Source of the DNA: Trichinella spiralis
Lineage: Eukaryota
Direction: 5' to 3'
Assembly: GCF_000181795.1 (NCBI RefSeq)
Contig: NW_003526943.1
Span: 1,118,487 to 1,182,486 of the forward strand
Length of the DNA stretch: 64,000 nt
The notes under the pieces were generated by a model that did no database searches, had not been told where the DNA came from, and saw only the letters and a list, made by a program, of their open reading frames with translations. The translations under genes were made by a program, and so were the position numbers. Within the stretch, counting starts at the first letter, position 1. Each line of letters starts with the position of its first letter. Shown here piece by piece: positions 13,880-26,010 of the stretch.

Positions 13880-15420
13880 GTAGGTCACATTTGCAGTAAT
13901 AATGATATGCAAGTATAATATGGAATGTATACAACATGCCTCCTTTTTTAAGTAAAAAATTCTTTCAGTTTGAAATTTTCATGAAATTTGAAATCTCATG
14001 AAATTTTTAGCGATCATAGTTGATTGACATATCGCTTCCATATAAAGCCAGCTTCAGTACGAACCATGTAGAGAAGTCAACCCAGTCTGCTAAAGATTTG
14101 TACTTTTGACCACTTTTCCACTTAGCTGTAATATCTTGTGCTCATGTGTTGTGAACGCTGCTGGGATGTGCCTTTTGTTCTTTCTCGATGTTTCGACAGC
14201 ATTTAACCTTTGCCTCATATAAACCTCCATTTTGGAAACGTAATACGTTTATGATTCTAATAGTTCAGAAATGTTTATTCCATATTTAGCAGCCTTGCTT
14301 TGGAATGTCCTTTCGAAATGGGTGTCGCCCTTTGAAGGAAACCAGCATTGCAATTGCAGGTGTGTGATTTTTTCTCTCAAGTCATCAAGTATTTCTCTGT
14401 GCAATTCCTCAGAAAGATGTCAAATGCCATTCAAATAGGAATGAGTTTGTCTTGCAATTTTCTCTCTGAACGTGTTGCGTGGTCTTCAAAGCGCATACAA
14501 CCTAAAAAAAAGCGAAGTCGTTGGAGAAACATTGTTGAAGAAAAACTTCCAGTGCCCGTACCATCACTATTATGCAAATCACACAGGTTCAGTTCATTAC
14601 TGTAAAAGGCACCAGCTAACAGCAGTAAATCAAGCAGCGCCTTTATTTCATCTTTATCTGTATCTTTAGCGCTTCTCTCTCTCTCTCCCTCTCTCTCTCT
14701 TTCTCTCTCACGTACTCATCCTGGACCTTGCCAATATATGTTCGTGTTCAGGGCGATGACAATAATATCTTTAATCATGAATAACGACCATATCTTAAAG
14801 GGCGTTTTGAAACGTCTGGCTGCACTTCTTGGGCACTGCTTTCTGGAATATATGTTTTGGGTTCTTGTTTACACATTTCCAGATGGCTCTTGCTTAATCC
14901 ATGAGCAGGCAAGATCTCGACCTATCCATGGATCAGAGTGCTCATACATAAACTTTTCAGTCTTACTTTACGACAAAAAAGTGTCGTTAAATTCAGAGGA
15001 TGTATCATGGTCATTCTTTTCAACATAGTCAGAATCGCTGACAATGCCTATATCACTTTCCTTAAGAGAATAATTCAGGATGTCTAAGAAACTGTTACTA
15101 TCAGATCCTGTGAGTGGCATTTCGAAACCATTGACATTGTGAACGACATTTGACATGAAATAGAAGAAACTTCACATAAAATAAGGCAAATGATGCTAAA
15201 ATTAGGTCAAAATTTGCATAAATTGCATAATCTGCATAAAAAAGTTAACAAAAGAAACCAATTATTGCCATTCACAATCAAGCAGAAAACACGTAGCCAA
15301 GAAATAAGCGATATCGACTAGACGGTTTGAGAGAAAATCGAATAAATTAGAAAGATATATGAAAGGCAGCTGCTCAACACCAGTCATAGATATGACCGCG
15401 CCAACTAACATAAATATTTT
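13880..15420 (-). mobile_element. Degenerate piggyBac-like transposase remnant
   Basis: Minus strand: acidic N-terminus (ORF 14968-15156), then TPFKIWSLFM..., EIKALLGLLLLAG..., MRFEDHATR..RK..DKL.PI and GRHPFRK.IP. Stops, frameshifts and a (CT)n tract interrupt it. Boundaries are approximate. Confidence 0.75.
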
Positions 15421-16958
15421 ATGGCCATTTCTAGGAAGGTATGAAAATCAACAGTTGTCATGACTTCAGAATGCTGCAAAATCAGAATGAGAAAGTTTTC
15501 AAGTGGTCCGCCGGACCTCGTGCCACCACCCTTATGCCGTGCTTGGAATGGGATGATCACTCTACTACCCCAAAGGAAACAACCATTGCAAATTGAAATT
15601 TCGTGTTGACGCGTAATGTATAGTTTGAGTCGCTCATTCGATGCGGGTTGTGGTCATCTGCTTCGTATCCAGCTTAAAACTCGTGTGCAAGTCAGATCTT
15701 TCACAGGGATTCGTGAGGTATCTTCAGCACAGAGCAGAGAATTGTCTATAGCAGTAGTTCCCAAGTTCTGTGGACTCTGACCCACCTTTTAATCCTCGGA
15801 AGACTAAAGCCGGATCAATTTTAGACTTGGATAGTAACCTCTTGCAACAATAAAAGTCTGTGTGCGATGGATATTTCCATATTGCACATCCACTAAACAG
15901 CTCCCTTTCACTTTTAGCAGTTCACTCTGAAAAGTTGCCAGTTTGAGAGTAATCAGTTCCAACTGAAATTTTCTTGCTTGTGACAACTTTAAGAAAAGGT
16001 ATTCAGAAACAGTAGTGAATTCTGAACCAATGTCGATTTCTATTTGTCACGGAAGGTGTTCAATAACAACTGTTACTCTAATCTTTCTTATGGTTTCATG
16101 ATGACATGGCTGATGATGTTTCGAACAATTATCTGAGATTGTTGAGTAGCAGCAAATCTGGTAGCTCTGAATTCAGATTGTCAACGGATGCTAATGAATT
16201 TCTTGTGTGCTTCAGGGTTGTTTTCCTCACTCGATTCGCTTTATCGCAGCAAATTTTCACTATATGCCCTAGTTTCTGACATGCTCAGCAGCGAGCGTTT
16301 CTGAAACGACACTAAGTCGATTGTGTGTGCCTCCACAGCTCTGGCATATCATAGCTTGTCTTGCTGTTCTTGTCTGAATTTGATAAACATTAGATAATGT
16401 GTTTGTCTGAAGCATGAATATCTTGGGTATGCTGTGCGGTGACTTCTGCTGATAGGGCTAGGGCTAATTCGAAGGTCAAATTTTTCCGCGAAAAGAGACG
16501 GATCTGTAATTCTTCATCTTGCAAGTCAGTAACCAGCCAATCATGTAACATAATCTCTATTTCAGAAAAATTGCAACCTTGGGACAGCTGACGAAGGTCG
16601 GCAATAGAATCAGAAATGGATTCGCTGACTTTCTGATTTTACTTATAAAAAGCATTGCGTTTCACAATTTCAGATGGTTATGGAGAGAGATGTTCCCCTA
16701 AAACAAATACAATCGCTTCGAAAGATTTCCCATTAGGATTAGCTGGTGAGATGAGAGCTTAAATCAACTTGAAAACTGGCCTACCACAATAGCTTAACAG
16801 TGCGGCTCTTTTAGTCGTAGGATAAGTAACTTTAAAATTATCGAAGAAGAAAATCAAATGAGAAACGTATGCTGCTCATTCTTTTGAGTTAGTGATATTG
16901 AATTCTTCAATGTGGCTTAACATCAGTAGTCACATGAAATCACAACGTACCTTTAATA

Positions 16959-16978
16959 GAATCCCAATCTCGTCGCTA
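16959..16978 (-). other. Primer-binding site, complementary to the 3' end of a tRNA-Ser(GCU)-type tRNA
   Basis: The minus strand reads TAGCGACGAGATTGGGATTC just after the LTR-terminal CA. This is 17/20 identical to the complement of the metazoan tRNA-Ser(GCU) 3' end as I recall it. Confidence 0.6.
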
Positions 16979-17038
16979 ATGTTGTTTCTGACTAATACAG
17001 ACTTTATTTGTAATGACAACACAGTAACAAGATATATA

Positions 17039-17762
17039 AAGTCGGCCCTCAACTTTTTCAGATTTGATTATTCGCGAATTTCCAAACCGCCAAAAAGATA
17101 AATCCTATTTTTACACCCTAGTGTGTATGTATCTGTGGATATGTAATTTCAATGCAAAGTTGCTTTTGCTTGAGAGGTTCCACACCATAACAGTAGTGAT
17201 AGCGACTTAACCAAACTGAGAAGCTAAATAACCGCTACTAATGCTAAGATGAAAACGATAAAAACGTTAGGGTGAAGGGAAAGGAGGCGCTATGAACAGG
17301 AGGAGGTTGGCTTACCGTTCCAGACACTTGCTCCAGACTGATCAACTGGTCCAGACATGTCTGGAAGTGCAAAATGTCCGCTTTCATGCTAGCACAGTCC
17401 AACACTGCGTGAAAATAACGCAAAATTTGAGTAAATACGTAATGCATGAGGCTACTACAATAACAATGTTTTTTCGTGCTTTTTAAAAAAGATGCGCCCA
17501 ATAGTCTCTCCACTTCTGGCAAGCTTGCATGCAAGAGCACACCGATGGTTTTGACTGTTATACACTCAATCCAACGAACAAAAAAATAAATACAGGATAA
17601 AAATTTAACATACAAATCAGTGATATTATTCATTGCAGCTTTCAGACAATTGCGTAGAATTACAAGACATCGACGGGTGTATGAACATTAGCGACAAGTA
17701 TGCGCGGAAATTCGACATTCCACGGAACGCACATACCGTAACTATATGTTGAGGGCCAACTG
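17039..17762. mobile_element. pogo/Tigger-type MITE, copy 1, nested in the LTR
   Basis: TIRs AAGTCGGCCCTCAAC / GTTGAGGGCCAACTG, with TA on both flanks. The interior aligns in reverse with 20479-21210. Confidence 0.85.
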
Positions 17763-18067
17763 TATAACGCACACACTACTTGACATTAACTCCTAATGCT
17801 GCTGCAATATGTTCCTGAATGTTCCTTTGCATATATTTTTGATAATATGGCATCGTATTGTATAACCCTACAAAAACAATTAACTAATGAACGTTTTCAG
17901 ACATTGCGTATCTTCAGACAAACGAATCACAACAATTTGTCCATTGTTTCATGTGCATGTGATTTTTGTTACAATGGGCAAGAATCATTTTAAAATACTG
18001 ATATTAGTATGAATTGCTCTTAAATGCACAGCTCACTGGCGTGAGGCATTTAACTGTGAAGTTTCTC

Positions 18068-18101
18068 AGCCAATGAACAGAACTGATGAAACAACCAATG
18101 A
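18068..18101 (+). promoter_or_regulatory. Pair of CCAAT boxes 25 bp apart, candidate promoter of the downstream zinc-finger gene
   Basis: AGCCAATGA (CCAAT at 18070) and AACCAATGA (CCAAT at 18095). Strong + strand donors follow at 18368 (AG|GTAAGT) and 19813 (AG|GTATGA). Confidence 0.35.
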
Positions 18102-20478
18102 GCGATTTTCATAGCGACCAAAATAACATTTGCATATGTTTTGCAGTTTTAATTTTGATTTTGTTATTTATGCAGTTTCAGATGTAAATGTTTAACAAAT
18201 TTATTTATAACACTGCCAACAGTGTGTGTGTGCGTGGTATAATATTTTTAGAAATATCATTCTTATGTTAATGATAATCAAGTTTGGTTAAATGGAATAT
18301 TTTTCTTTGTTTTTATTAAGAAACAGCAGTGCATATGAGGTATTTTATACAATTTATACAATGATTAGGTAAGTTATTTTCGTATACTTTCCTTCTTTGC
18401 TCTAATAAACAAAACTGAGAAATATTTAAATCACAACTGCTAAAGTGAGCAGTGAATCATGAAATTTCAAAGAAACAAAGAAGCAGCTTTTCTTTAAAAA
18501 ATGGTGCTTTAAAATTGAGAATAGCTTCCAAAGATAGAAAACAAGAAAATAAAGAAAAAACATTGGACTCAGCTGAATCGTTGACCTAGTTAGCCGAGGG
18601 TCCGCAGGCAGTGTGAAATTCTAATTTTGCACTAGTTTCCTCCTCCCATTCGAGGGTTAACTGGCTGACGATGCATTACTTGACCTAAAATAACTGCTTG
18701 TTCCAAATATGGGTTTTTTAATTTTTAAACTTATTTATTTTGAAATAATTATATTCATTTCAAATTTTCAAAAAGAACATTTTAAAAAAATTTTCAGCAC
18801 CGCACAAAATTTATATGTTTACTTTATCCTGGATGTAATTGATGATTTGGTTTTGAAGTGAAGAAAGTAGGTCACTGACTGTGGTGTCGACCCAGTTTGA
18901 ACACTGTTTAAGTTGAATTATTTGTGAAGGCCTCTACCCGGTTTTTCGTACTGAACGAGGCGCCAGATGGTGACCTATTTCTTTTTTGCATTAGCGTGGT
19001 TTCCGTTTCCCTGTGCAAAATTGTAGTGCCTCATTTTTGAATGCATTTCACTTAATGCCATTTCGTGCATGTTTTGCACTTAAAAAAATTTATTTAAATT
19101 TAGTTATCGTTGAAGTGAATACTTTCCTCCATTTAATTGTACATGAATTTAAACAACTTTTCACGGTTTTCAATTCAGTATTATGACATTATTTTTAAAT
19201 TATCAATAATATAACTTTATTTTTTATTAATTTGAGCCTTTGAAATTTGAAATGTGGATTACTTTTGATGATTTCAATTCAAAGTACTAGACGATAGATT
19301 TGTTCACTTTTCAGATATCTTGTTGCATGTTATTTTTATTTTTTCTTCGGTTTTAATTACTCTCACACAGCTTCTCTGCTCTGCTCTGCTAAAATTTCAA
19401 GCAGTAATTCTACAATATTAAGCTAACCCCTTGTCTCTCATTTTCTCACTTCAGCTAACGTTGAAATTTGCTTCTTCACTTTGCCACAGTTGTTTTCCTT
19501 GGAATTTAAATATCTGCTTATTGAAAAAGCAAAATGAAACATCTTAGTTTGTTCTCTCTATATCCATTGATATTAAGCTTTCGTAGATAGCCGTCGTCGT
19601 TGTCGTCGTCATCATTCATCAGTGAGTGGAATTAGACGCGCTAATTTTTGCCGCTTATTCTGAGCTTAATAAAAACTGCGTTGACAGTGGTCTGATTCCA
19701 CTTTGACAAAACCCGACACCAGTATACCGAAACGAAGTCGCATCATTTGGGTCAAAGTGGACCTGTAATTCTAGTTCCAAGCCAGTTTTATGGTGAATTT
19801 TTGCCTAATACAGGTATGATTTCAATTGCTTACAAAAGGAGGTTCTGTTTATACGGTTCAATTTGACGCTAAAATGCCCTAACATTGGATTGTGGTTTTC
19901 TTCATTTTGACAGCTGTCTCATTTGACACTGTTTAATGGGTGCATTGAATGATTATATATATATATATATACATGTTGTGCGTAATTTGATCTGCGTTGA
20001 TTTAATTTCTATTTTGATGCACTTGACCCAAGATGAAGTATAGGTGCGATTTTATTAATGTTGCTGATAAGTGAGATAGATATTGATGAAAGATTGATGA
20101 CAATTTATTAATTATGAAATGATAATAATAAAAACTGTTAATAATAAAAACAGCATGCTGCTGTGGTAGAATTTCAGACGACCGGATTTTTAAATTTTAC
20201 ATGTTCACATGCAAACATATATTAAATAGCAGTAGTTTAGTAGTATATAATTAATCAGTTGGAAGACATTTTTTAAAGCATAACTTTTCAGATATAGCTT
20301 TGAGGACAATGCAATTTTTTGAAAATTGCTATTTTAATTTTTTTCAAGCTTCAATAAGGTACACTGTAATGAATAAGAATGTGCAAGTACGTTTTATTAG
20401 AATTTCAGAAATTTCATCAGTTCATCAACGCATTTACATTATTTTGTTTAATTTAATTATTAAATTAAAAAAGAAATA

Positions 20479-21210
20479 TAGTCGGCCCTTGACATTCGCT
20501 GTATGTGCCTTTGGCAGATTACAATGGGCAGAACCACGAATATTTGCCACTTCTATTTATACACAACGCTGATGCCTTATAATCCTACGCAATGTCTGAA
20601 AGCTGCAAGGAATAATATCACGGAAAGTCTACTGATTTGCATGTTAAATTATTATCTCGTATTTATTTTTTTATTCATTTGATTGAGTGTACAACAGTCA
20701 AAACCATCGGTGTGCTCTTGCATGCAAGCTTGCCAGAAGTGGAGGGACTTGGGGACATCTTTGTTAAAAAACATTGTAACTATAGTAGCTTCATGTATTA
20801 CGTGTTTACTCAAATTTTGCGTTATTCTCACACAGTGTTGGACTGTGTTAGCATGAAAGCGGACATTCTGCACTTCCAGACATGTCTGGACCGGTTATCA
20901 GTCTGGAGCAAGTGTCTGGAATCGCGGAACCGGTGCTGCGTGTGTCTGGAACGGTAAGCCAACCTCCTGTTCACAGCGCCTCCTTTCCTATCACCCTAAG
21001 GTTTTTATCATTTTCATCTTAGCATTAGTAGCGATTATTTAGCCTCTTAGTTTTGTTAAGTCGTTATCACTACTGTTATGGTGTGGAACCTCACAAGCAG
21101 AAGGAACCTTGCACTGAAGTTGTAGATCCACAGATACATACATATTAGGGTCTAAAAATAGGATTCATCTTTGTGGCGGTTTTGATATCTGCGAAGCTGA
21201 GGGCCTACTG
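20479..21210. mobile_element. pogo/Tigger-type MITE, copy 2, inverted relative to copy 1
   Basis: TIRs TAGTCGGCCCTTGAC / GCTGAGGGCCTACTG with TA flanks. The spurious ORFs 17244-17633(-) and 20637-20957(+) translate to near-identical peptides, confirming homology. Confidence 0.85.
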
Positions 21211-21288
21211 TACTTTATATATTTGCCAACTGAATGTTACTTTTACGTTAATGAATATTCTGTTTAGAGTATACATTAAAGGTTACCG

Positions 21289-23978
21289 AATGGAAGACAG
21301 AAGCAAAGAAAATTTGAGTTTTAAAGCTGAAAAAGAGGAAAGCATAAATATAATGTTGAACATCAAATCAAAGAAGCTGGCTGCGTTTGAAGCTTGGCGG
21401 CAGCGGCGAATGGCTGAGCTGAACAGATTAGAATTAGAATCACACGCTGATTCAATAATCGAATCTTCTAATGATAGTTCGTCTGGATCGACTAGCGCTC
21501 CTTTGCTTGCTAAGTACCTGCTTCAACCGTCGAAGCATTTGCCTTTGGAAACTCGCTCTATCAATGTGATGGACTGTTCTCAACAGAGTGATACTACTTC
21601 ACCATTGTTGAAAAGTTGTGGCAAAAGTTGGACTACCTCATCAGCCGAAGATGATGCGGAAGAACTTTTAGTTCCGGGTATAGTTTCCGGTGATCAGTTT
21701 CAAAAGAAATGTAAACTGTTTAAACACAACGACAGTACGTTTTACCCTTATATCAAGTGCACGTTGTGCGAAGAATGGGTTTGTTCAAGGAATCGCATTA
21801 ATCATATTGAATCGCATCTGCATTATCAACCTTACAAATGTAGTGAATGCGATCATAAGAGTCGTAAGGAAATATTCATCGGCATCCATATACGCCAGTG
21901 TCATGACGGAATTGGCAGCGTTGTGATTGCCCATGATGCAGAGTTGGAAAAACGTGCTTGGGCACTGGCTGAGCAGTGCATTCAGCACACCAGGGCAGAG
22001 ATTATAAAGCTCAATCGAAATTTGGTGGAGCAGAAATCGTCACCGGATATGGAAAATTCTCCGGAATTAATCCGATTATTAGAGGAAGAAAGTTTGCTTA
22101 ACAAAGCACTGACTGAGAGCCAGCGCTCCAAAGATTGGCCGATAAAACCAGCCGCAGACGATGCTTGCATGCTGCCGACGAGCAGTAAGTCTTATATTCG
22201 AACTGTTCATCAGCAACGCAGTTCGTCCAGTGAACTAATCGAATCTGGTCGAGGGACGACTCAGCTTTTCGTTTCTTGCATGAAAGAAGAACATTGCTGT
22301 GGAATATGTCAATTTTACGTTGCTGAGTAATTGCCGCTTTCTTCATTATTCTTTTATTACGTGACAGTTTTAAAATATAAGATTTTTTAAATCCTTTTAA
22401 TGCAAGTTAAACTGCAATAGATGTACAATTTAAAGTTAAGAATTTTTCACTAGTATAGTAATTATTGCTGTGATGTGTTTTTTTAAATAGAATTGTTATT
22501 GTTGTTCTTTATAATGCTTAGATGTTGAAACTGAAGGAATAATATGCTTTCTTTCAAATTATAATTAAAATCAATCTTAAAGATTAAGATCAAAGAAATT
22601 TACAGATAATTCATTTTTTGAAAATATCACGGTGTATTCATTTAATTTCAATCGAAGTTATGAATACTGATGTTAATTTTGTAAAATGAATCGTACCATA
22701 TAACTGAGCAGAATTAGTCTGATTATAGATTTTTTTCAGATATTTTATGAAACAACTCTTATAGTAGGTTTCCTTTTTTTCAAACAGTGGAATGAACATT
22801 TTCAGATAATCTAATAAATTGTTATTGTGTTTTTTGTAAATTTTCATCTATTTATAATCCAATCCATTGAAAAAGCAATAAATGCTTGTTTTATTATTAG
22901 GAATGCAGTGTTACTGGAAGATCATGTTCGTTCGCATTTGTCAGAAGAGTCATTTGCATGTCCAGGAGAAAATTGCGAGGTTCGACATTCATCGCGATTT
23001 TTTCTCCGTCGTCACATCAAACAGATCCATGGAATGCGCACATTGCCACACGATTTGTTGGAAGAACAGCCAACTTTGGTCGAAGAATTTCTCAATCTTT
23101 GCGGGCGTTGTTTTGCCGGTTATTTTACCGAAACAGTATTGGAACGGTATAAATTTAAATATTTCGTGGTGCGTCGATCTGACAAGCAGGATGAATTGCG
23201 ATCGTGTCGTTTTTCGAAAAGGAAGCTTACCGGTGCGAATGTTGGAAATAGAACAAAAAATACCAAAAATACTGCAAAGAGTATAATAAATACAGAAATG
23301 GATTTCCCGTGTCTTGGCTGCGCAGTGAAGCTTCGTTTGTTTTCGGATGATTTTTCAGCTGGCTGTTGCGCCTGTATGGAGAGAGCAGGTTCAGTGGATG
23401 ATTTGGGAAATGGTTCAGTGTTTTGCAATCTTTGCTCATTGCTTATACCTGGTGATCTGGTGTTGCTTGAGCAGCATGCAATTCGTCACATGATTCCGTT
23501 GCCTTTTGGATGTATTGCGTGCGCGTTCACGGATTGGAAAATGAAATCACTAGTTGAACATTTGAAAATGTCGCATCCGACTGATCAGTTCATTGAATTG
23601 TATGTTTTCCAATGGCGTTTGAAGGATTGGAAGCAAATTTGGCGTCAGTCTTTTGAGCAGTGTTTTGTAAAAATGCTGGAAAACGATGATTTCCAAAATA
23701 TCCAAGAAAAGAAACGATGTGCGTTGTGCTTGATGGAAGTTGTTGATACTGATGAAGCTTTGTACGAGCACACACGATATCATGCCAGTGTTCGCAAATA
23801 TACATGCGTATTTTGCAATTTTTTGTATACTGCAGACTTGCAGCTAATCTCAGATCACATTATCAATGAACATCCAACTATGCCTGTTGTAATCAAATTC
23901 GCGAACGATACTCCAGAAATAATATCTGAACGTTTGCGCATCCAGGCCGCTTGCTTTCCATTTGTTCAAGGTGTTTAA
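21289..23978 (+). CDS. C2H2 zinc-finger protein with four paired-finger + C(F/I) modules (HIM-8/ZIM-like architecture)
   Basis: Exons about 21289-22326 and 22901-23978. The GA|GTAATT..TAG|G junction restores the finger CGICQFYVAENAVLLEDHVRSH. Eight fingers form four pairs. The start codon is uncertain and upstream exons are possible. Confidence 0.85.
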
Positions 23979-24025
23979 TGTGTTTTTATTTGCACGTTGA
24001 TAACGGCAATATGTTTTAACGTTTA

Positions 24026-24290
24026 TTAACTTTCTGATGGATTCTTTGGGTGGAATCCACCACAGGGTGTTTTGTATCTGTTTTCCTCTGTCATTTTCTA
24101 TTGTTATGATCTGAACTTCTGTGACGTCTTTTTTGAAACAATATGATATGTTTTAAAAAATTCAACGTTTTAAGCTTTTTTTAAAGATTTTACAACATCT
24201 CAAGTTCTTTGGATTCTTTTGGGTTGGAATCCACCCCACGTCAGAAAAACGTGTAAAAATCCCGAATAATCTTAATTCCTTGTAAGTTTT
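24026..24290. repeat. Terminal fragment of a piggyBac-like non-autonomous family
   Basis: The motif GGATTCTTT(T)GGGT(T)GGAATCCACC occurs twice (about 24040 and 24210). The segment resembles the reverse complement of 39717-39965. Confidence 0.55.
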
Positions 24291-24351
24291 CTCATCAGAT
24301 AATATTAACTTCATTTTACATTTTTTTATCAAAAAGGAATTAAAATAATTT

Positions 24352-26010
24352 TTAACCCTTGTGCTACCTTTCGGTTTTTGATTTTTAGCTTAATGAAATA
24401 TGCCATTATACTTGCTCGTGGTTTATGAAATTTAGTGACTTGGCCTCATTTTATGTAATGAGTGAATGTGCTACCACATGACAGCTTTTGATGCGTTTAA
24501 ATATGGCTGTGCGCAATGATTGCCTACACTGATTGCCTTTCGGGTCAATTTGATTGATTGCTTATTATACACATAAATTGTTGCCTTGCTTAAATCAATC
24601 ACTTTTCACCTTGTTGGCGCACATATATTTGATAACCGGAAAAAATGTTCTTTATGTACTGTGATCCACTCATATCCTAATCAGGCCTTTCTTACTCATA
24701 TCTATCATGCCGTACATATTTTATTTGTTACAGACATAGCAGTTCTTCAAATTATTGGATATTCTATTGTTTGTAGTCACATATTTGGAAATAGCTGTTG
24801 TTATTGAGTATCAGTTCACGTTGAAAGTTATCATTTGTTGAGTTTGATGCTGCGATAAAACCGATCGTATATCATCTCATGTTGAATCTGAGGATATTAT
24901 ACCGATAATACGTGAGAATTTTGGGAGAAACGTTTGGAAATCAAAAGACAGAAGCGTCAAATGTTTTGCCAATGCGTCAAACGCGCGAGGTCCACTGTCC
25001 TCATGCAATGTAATCAAGACGGTTTTAGGTCTAACAAAATATGCCATCTCCCGCGCTATTGATTTGCAATCAGTATTCCAGCATTTCATTACCCCAAATT
25101 ATGTATAATATGTAAATAATACTGGAAAATAGGTGCATAAATATGTTTTGAGCTGACTGATCAGACACGTAGAAGCATACATCGGACTGTTGATACTGGC
25201 TGCAGTGTATAAATCAAGAGCAGAGACAAGAAAACGGAAGAACCATATTCTCTTCTGTTACGTCTCTAAAACCATTTCTCATGATCTCACGGTTATTACG
25301 TTCTGGCCAGCGTAAAACTACAGCTGCCAGAAAGAAACACGACAAACTGGCCGCCATCAGAGAAGTGTGAGGTCTTTGGATGGCTACATTACCTCGCATG
25401 TACAGTCCTGGGCCTTGCGATTGGCTGTTTCAGAGATCGTCGTTTATTCAAGGAATACATGCTGAGTAAAGCAGCCAAGTATAGCATAAAGATATGGACT
25501 GCATGTGACGCTAAATTCAACTCTGTTTGGAACATGTGAATCTATACAGGAAAGGCAGAGGGAGAAGCACCTGAAAGGCATGCGGATTGTAACGGATTTG
25601 ACTAAAGGACTGAAAGGTTGCAATGTCACATGTGACAATTTTTTCACGTCTTACCAGCTTGCAGTGGAACTACGAAAACGGAAGTTGCCAGTGCTGGGCA
25701 CCATCATAAAGGACAAAGGAGTGCTACCACAAGAGCTTTTAGTTATGTGTGGCAAGCAAAGGTAGTCATCCATTTTTGCTTTTTCTGCTGAAGCACTTGT
25801 GATTCCTTACTGTCCAAAAAAGAACAAAAATGTGCTTCTAATGAAAATGATGCACAAAGATCTAACCGTTACTAGCGGCTCAAAGAAGCAAGCAGCATGT
25901 AAACTTTATCCATCCAGCAGACAACAAGACAAGTTCTAAATGTATTTTTTGTCAAAAATATATGTGCGAGAAACGCACTGCTTCCCTCTGCACGAACTGC
26001 ATCACAACTA
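24352..26010 (+). mobile_element. Degenerate piggyBac (PGBD4-like) transposon
   Basis: Starts TTAA|CCC at 24352. Transposase pieces: EAYIGLLILAAVY, HDKLAAIREV, KAAKYSIKIWTACD, NVTCDNFFTSY..LGTI and YCPKKNKNVLLM, then a Cys-rich tail (CIFCQKYMC..CTNC). It is frameshifted and internally deleted, and I did not find the right end. Confidence 0.85.

Larger units (their letters stand above)
15530..17872 (-). mobile_element. Internally deleted Ty3/gypsy (K02A2.6/Mag-like) LTR retrotransposon: 5' LTR, PBS, gag, protease and pre-integrase remnant
   Basis: The LTR runs from TG (17872) to CA (16980), carries AATAAA near its 3' end and is split by a MITE. A PBS lies at 16959-16978. Gag reads MLSHIEEFNI..KRAALLSYCG..ESISD.IADLRQL..GCNF, protease IEIDIGSEFT, and the pre-integrase segment CNGCFLWGSRVIIP. 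RT/RNase H are absent and there are multiple stops. Confidence 0.85.

Noticed and set aside
17244..17633. 129-aa ORF and its homolog at 20637-20957
   Set aside because: Both lie within MITE copies, have no recognisable domain, and the frame differs between copies.
18338..18368. AGGTATTT...AG|GTAAGT, resembling a spliced-leader exon (22 nt if the internal 9-bp duplication is removed)
   Set aside because: No Sm site or stem-loops follow the donor and the length is 31 nt. More likely an ordinary non-coding exon end.
18600..18680. Hammerhead-like GAAA ... CTGACGA
   Set aside because: No UH cleavage site next to stem I, and stem II is out of register.
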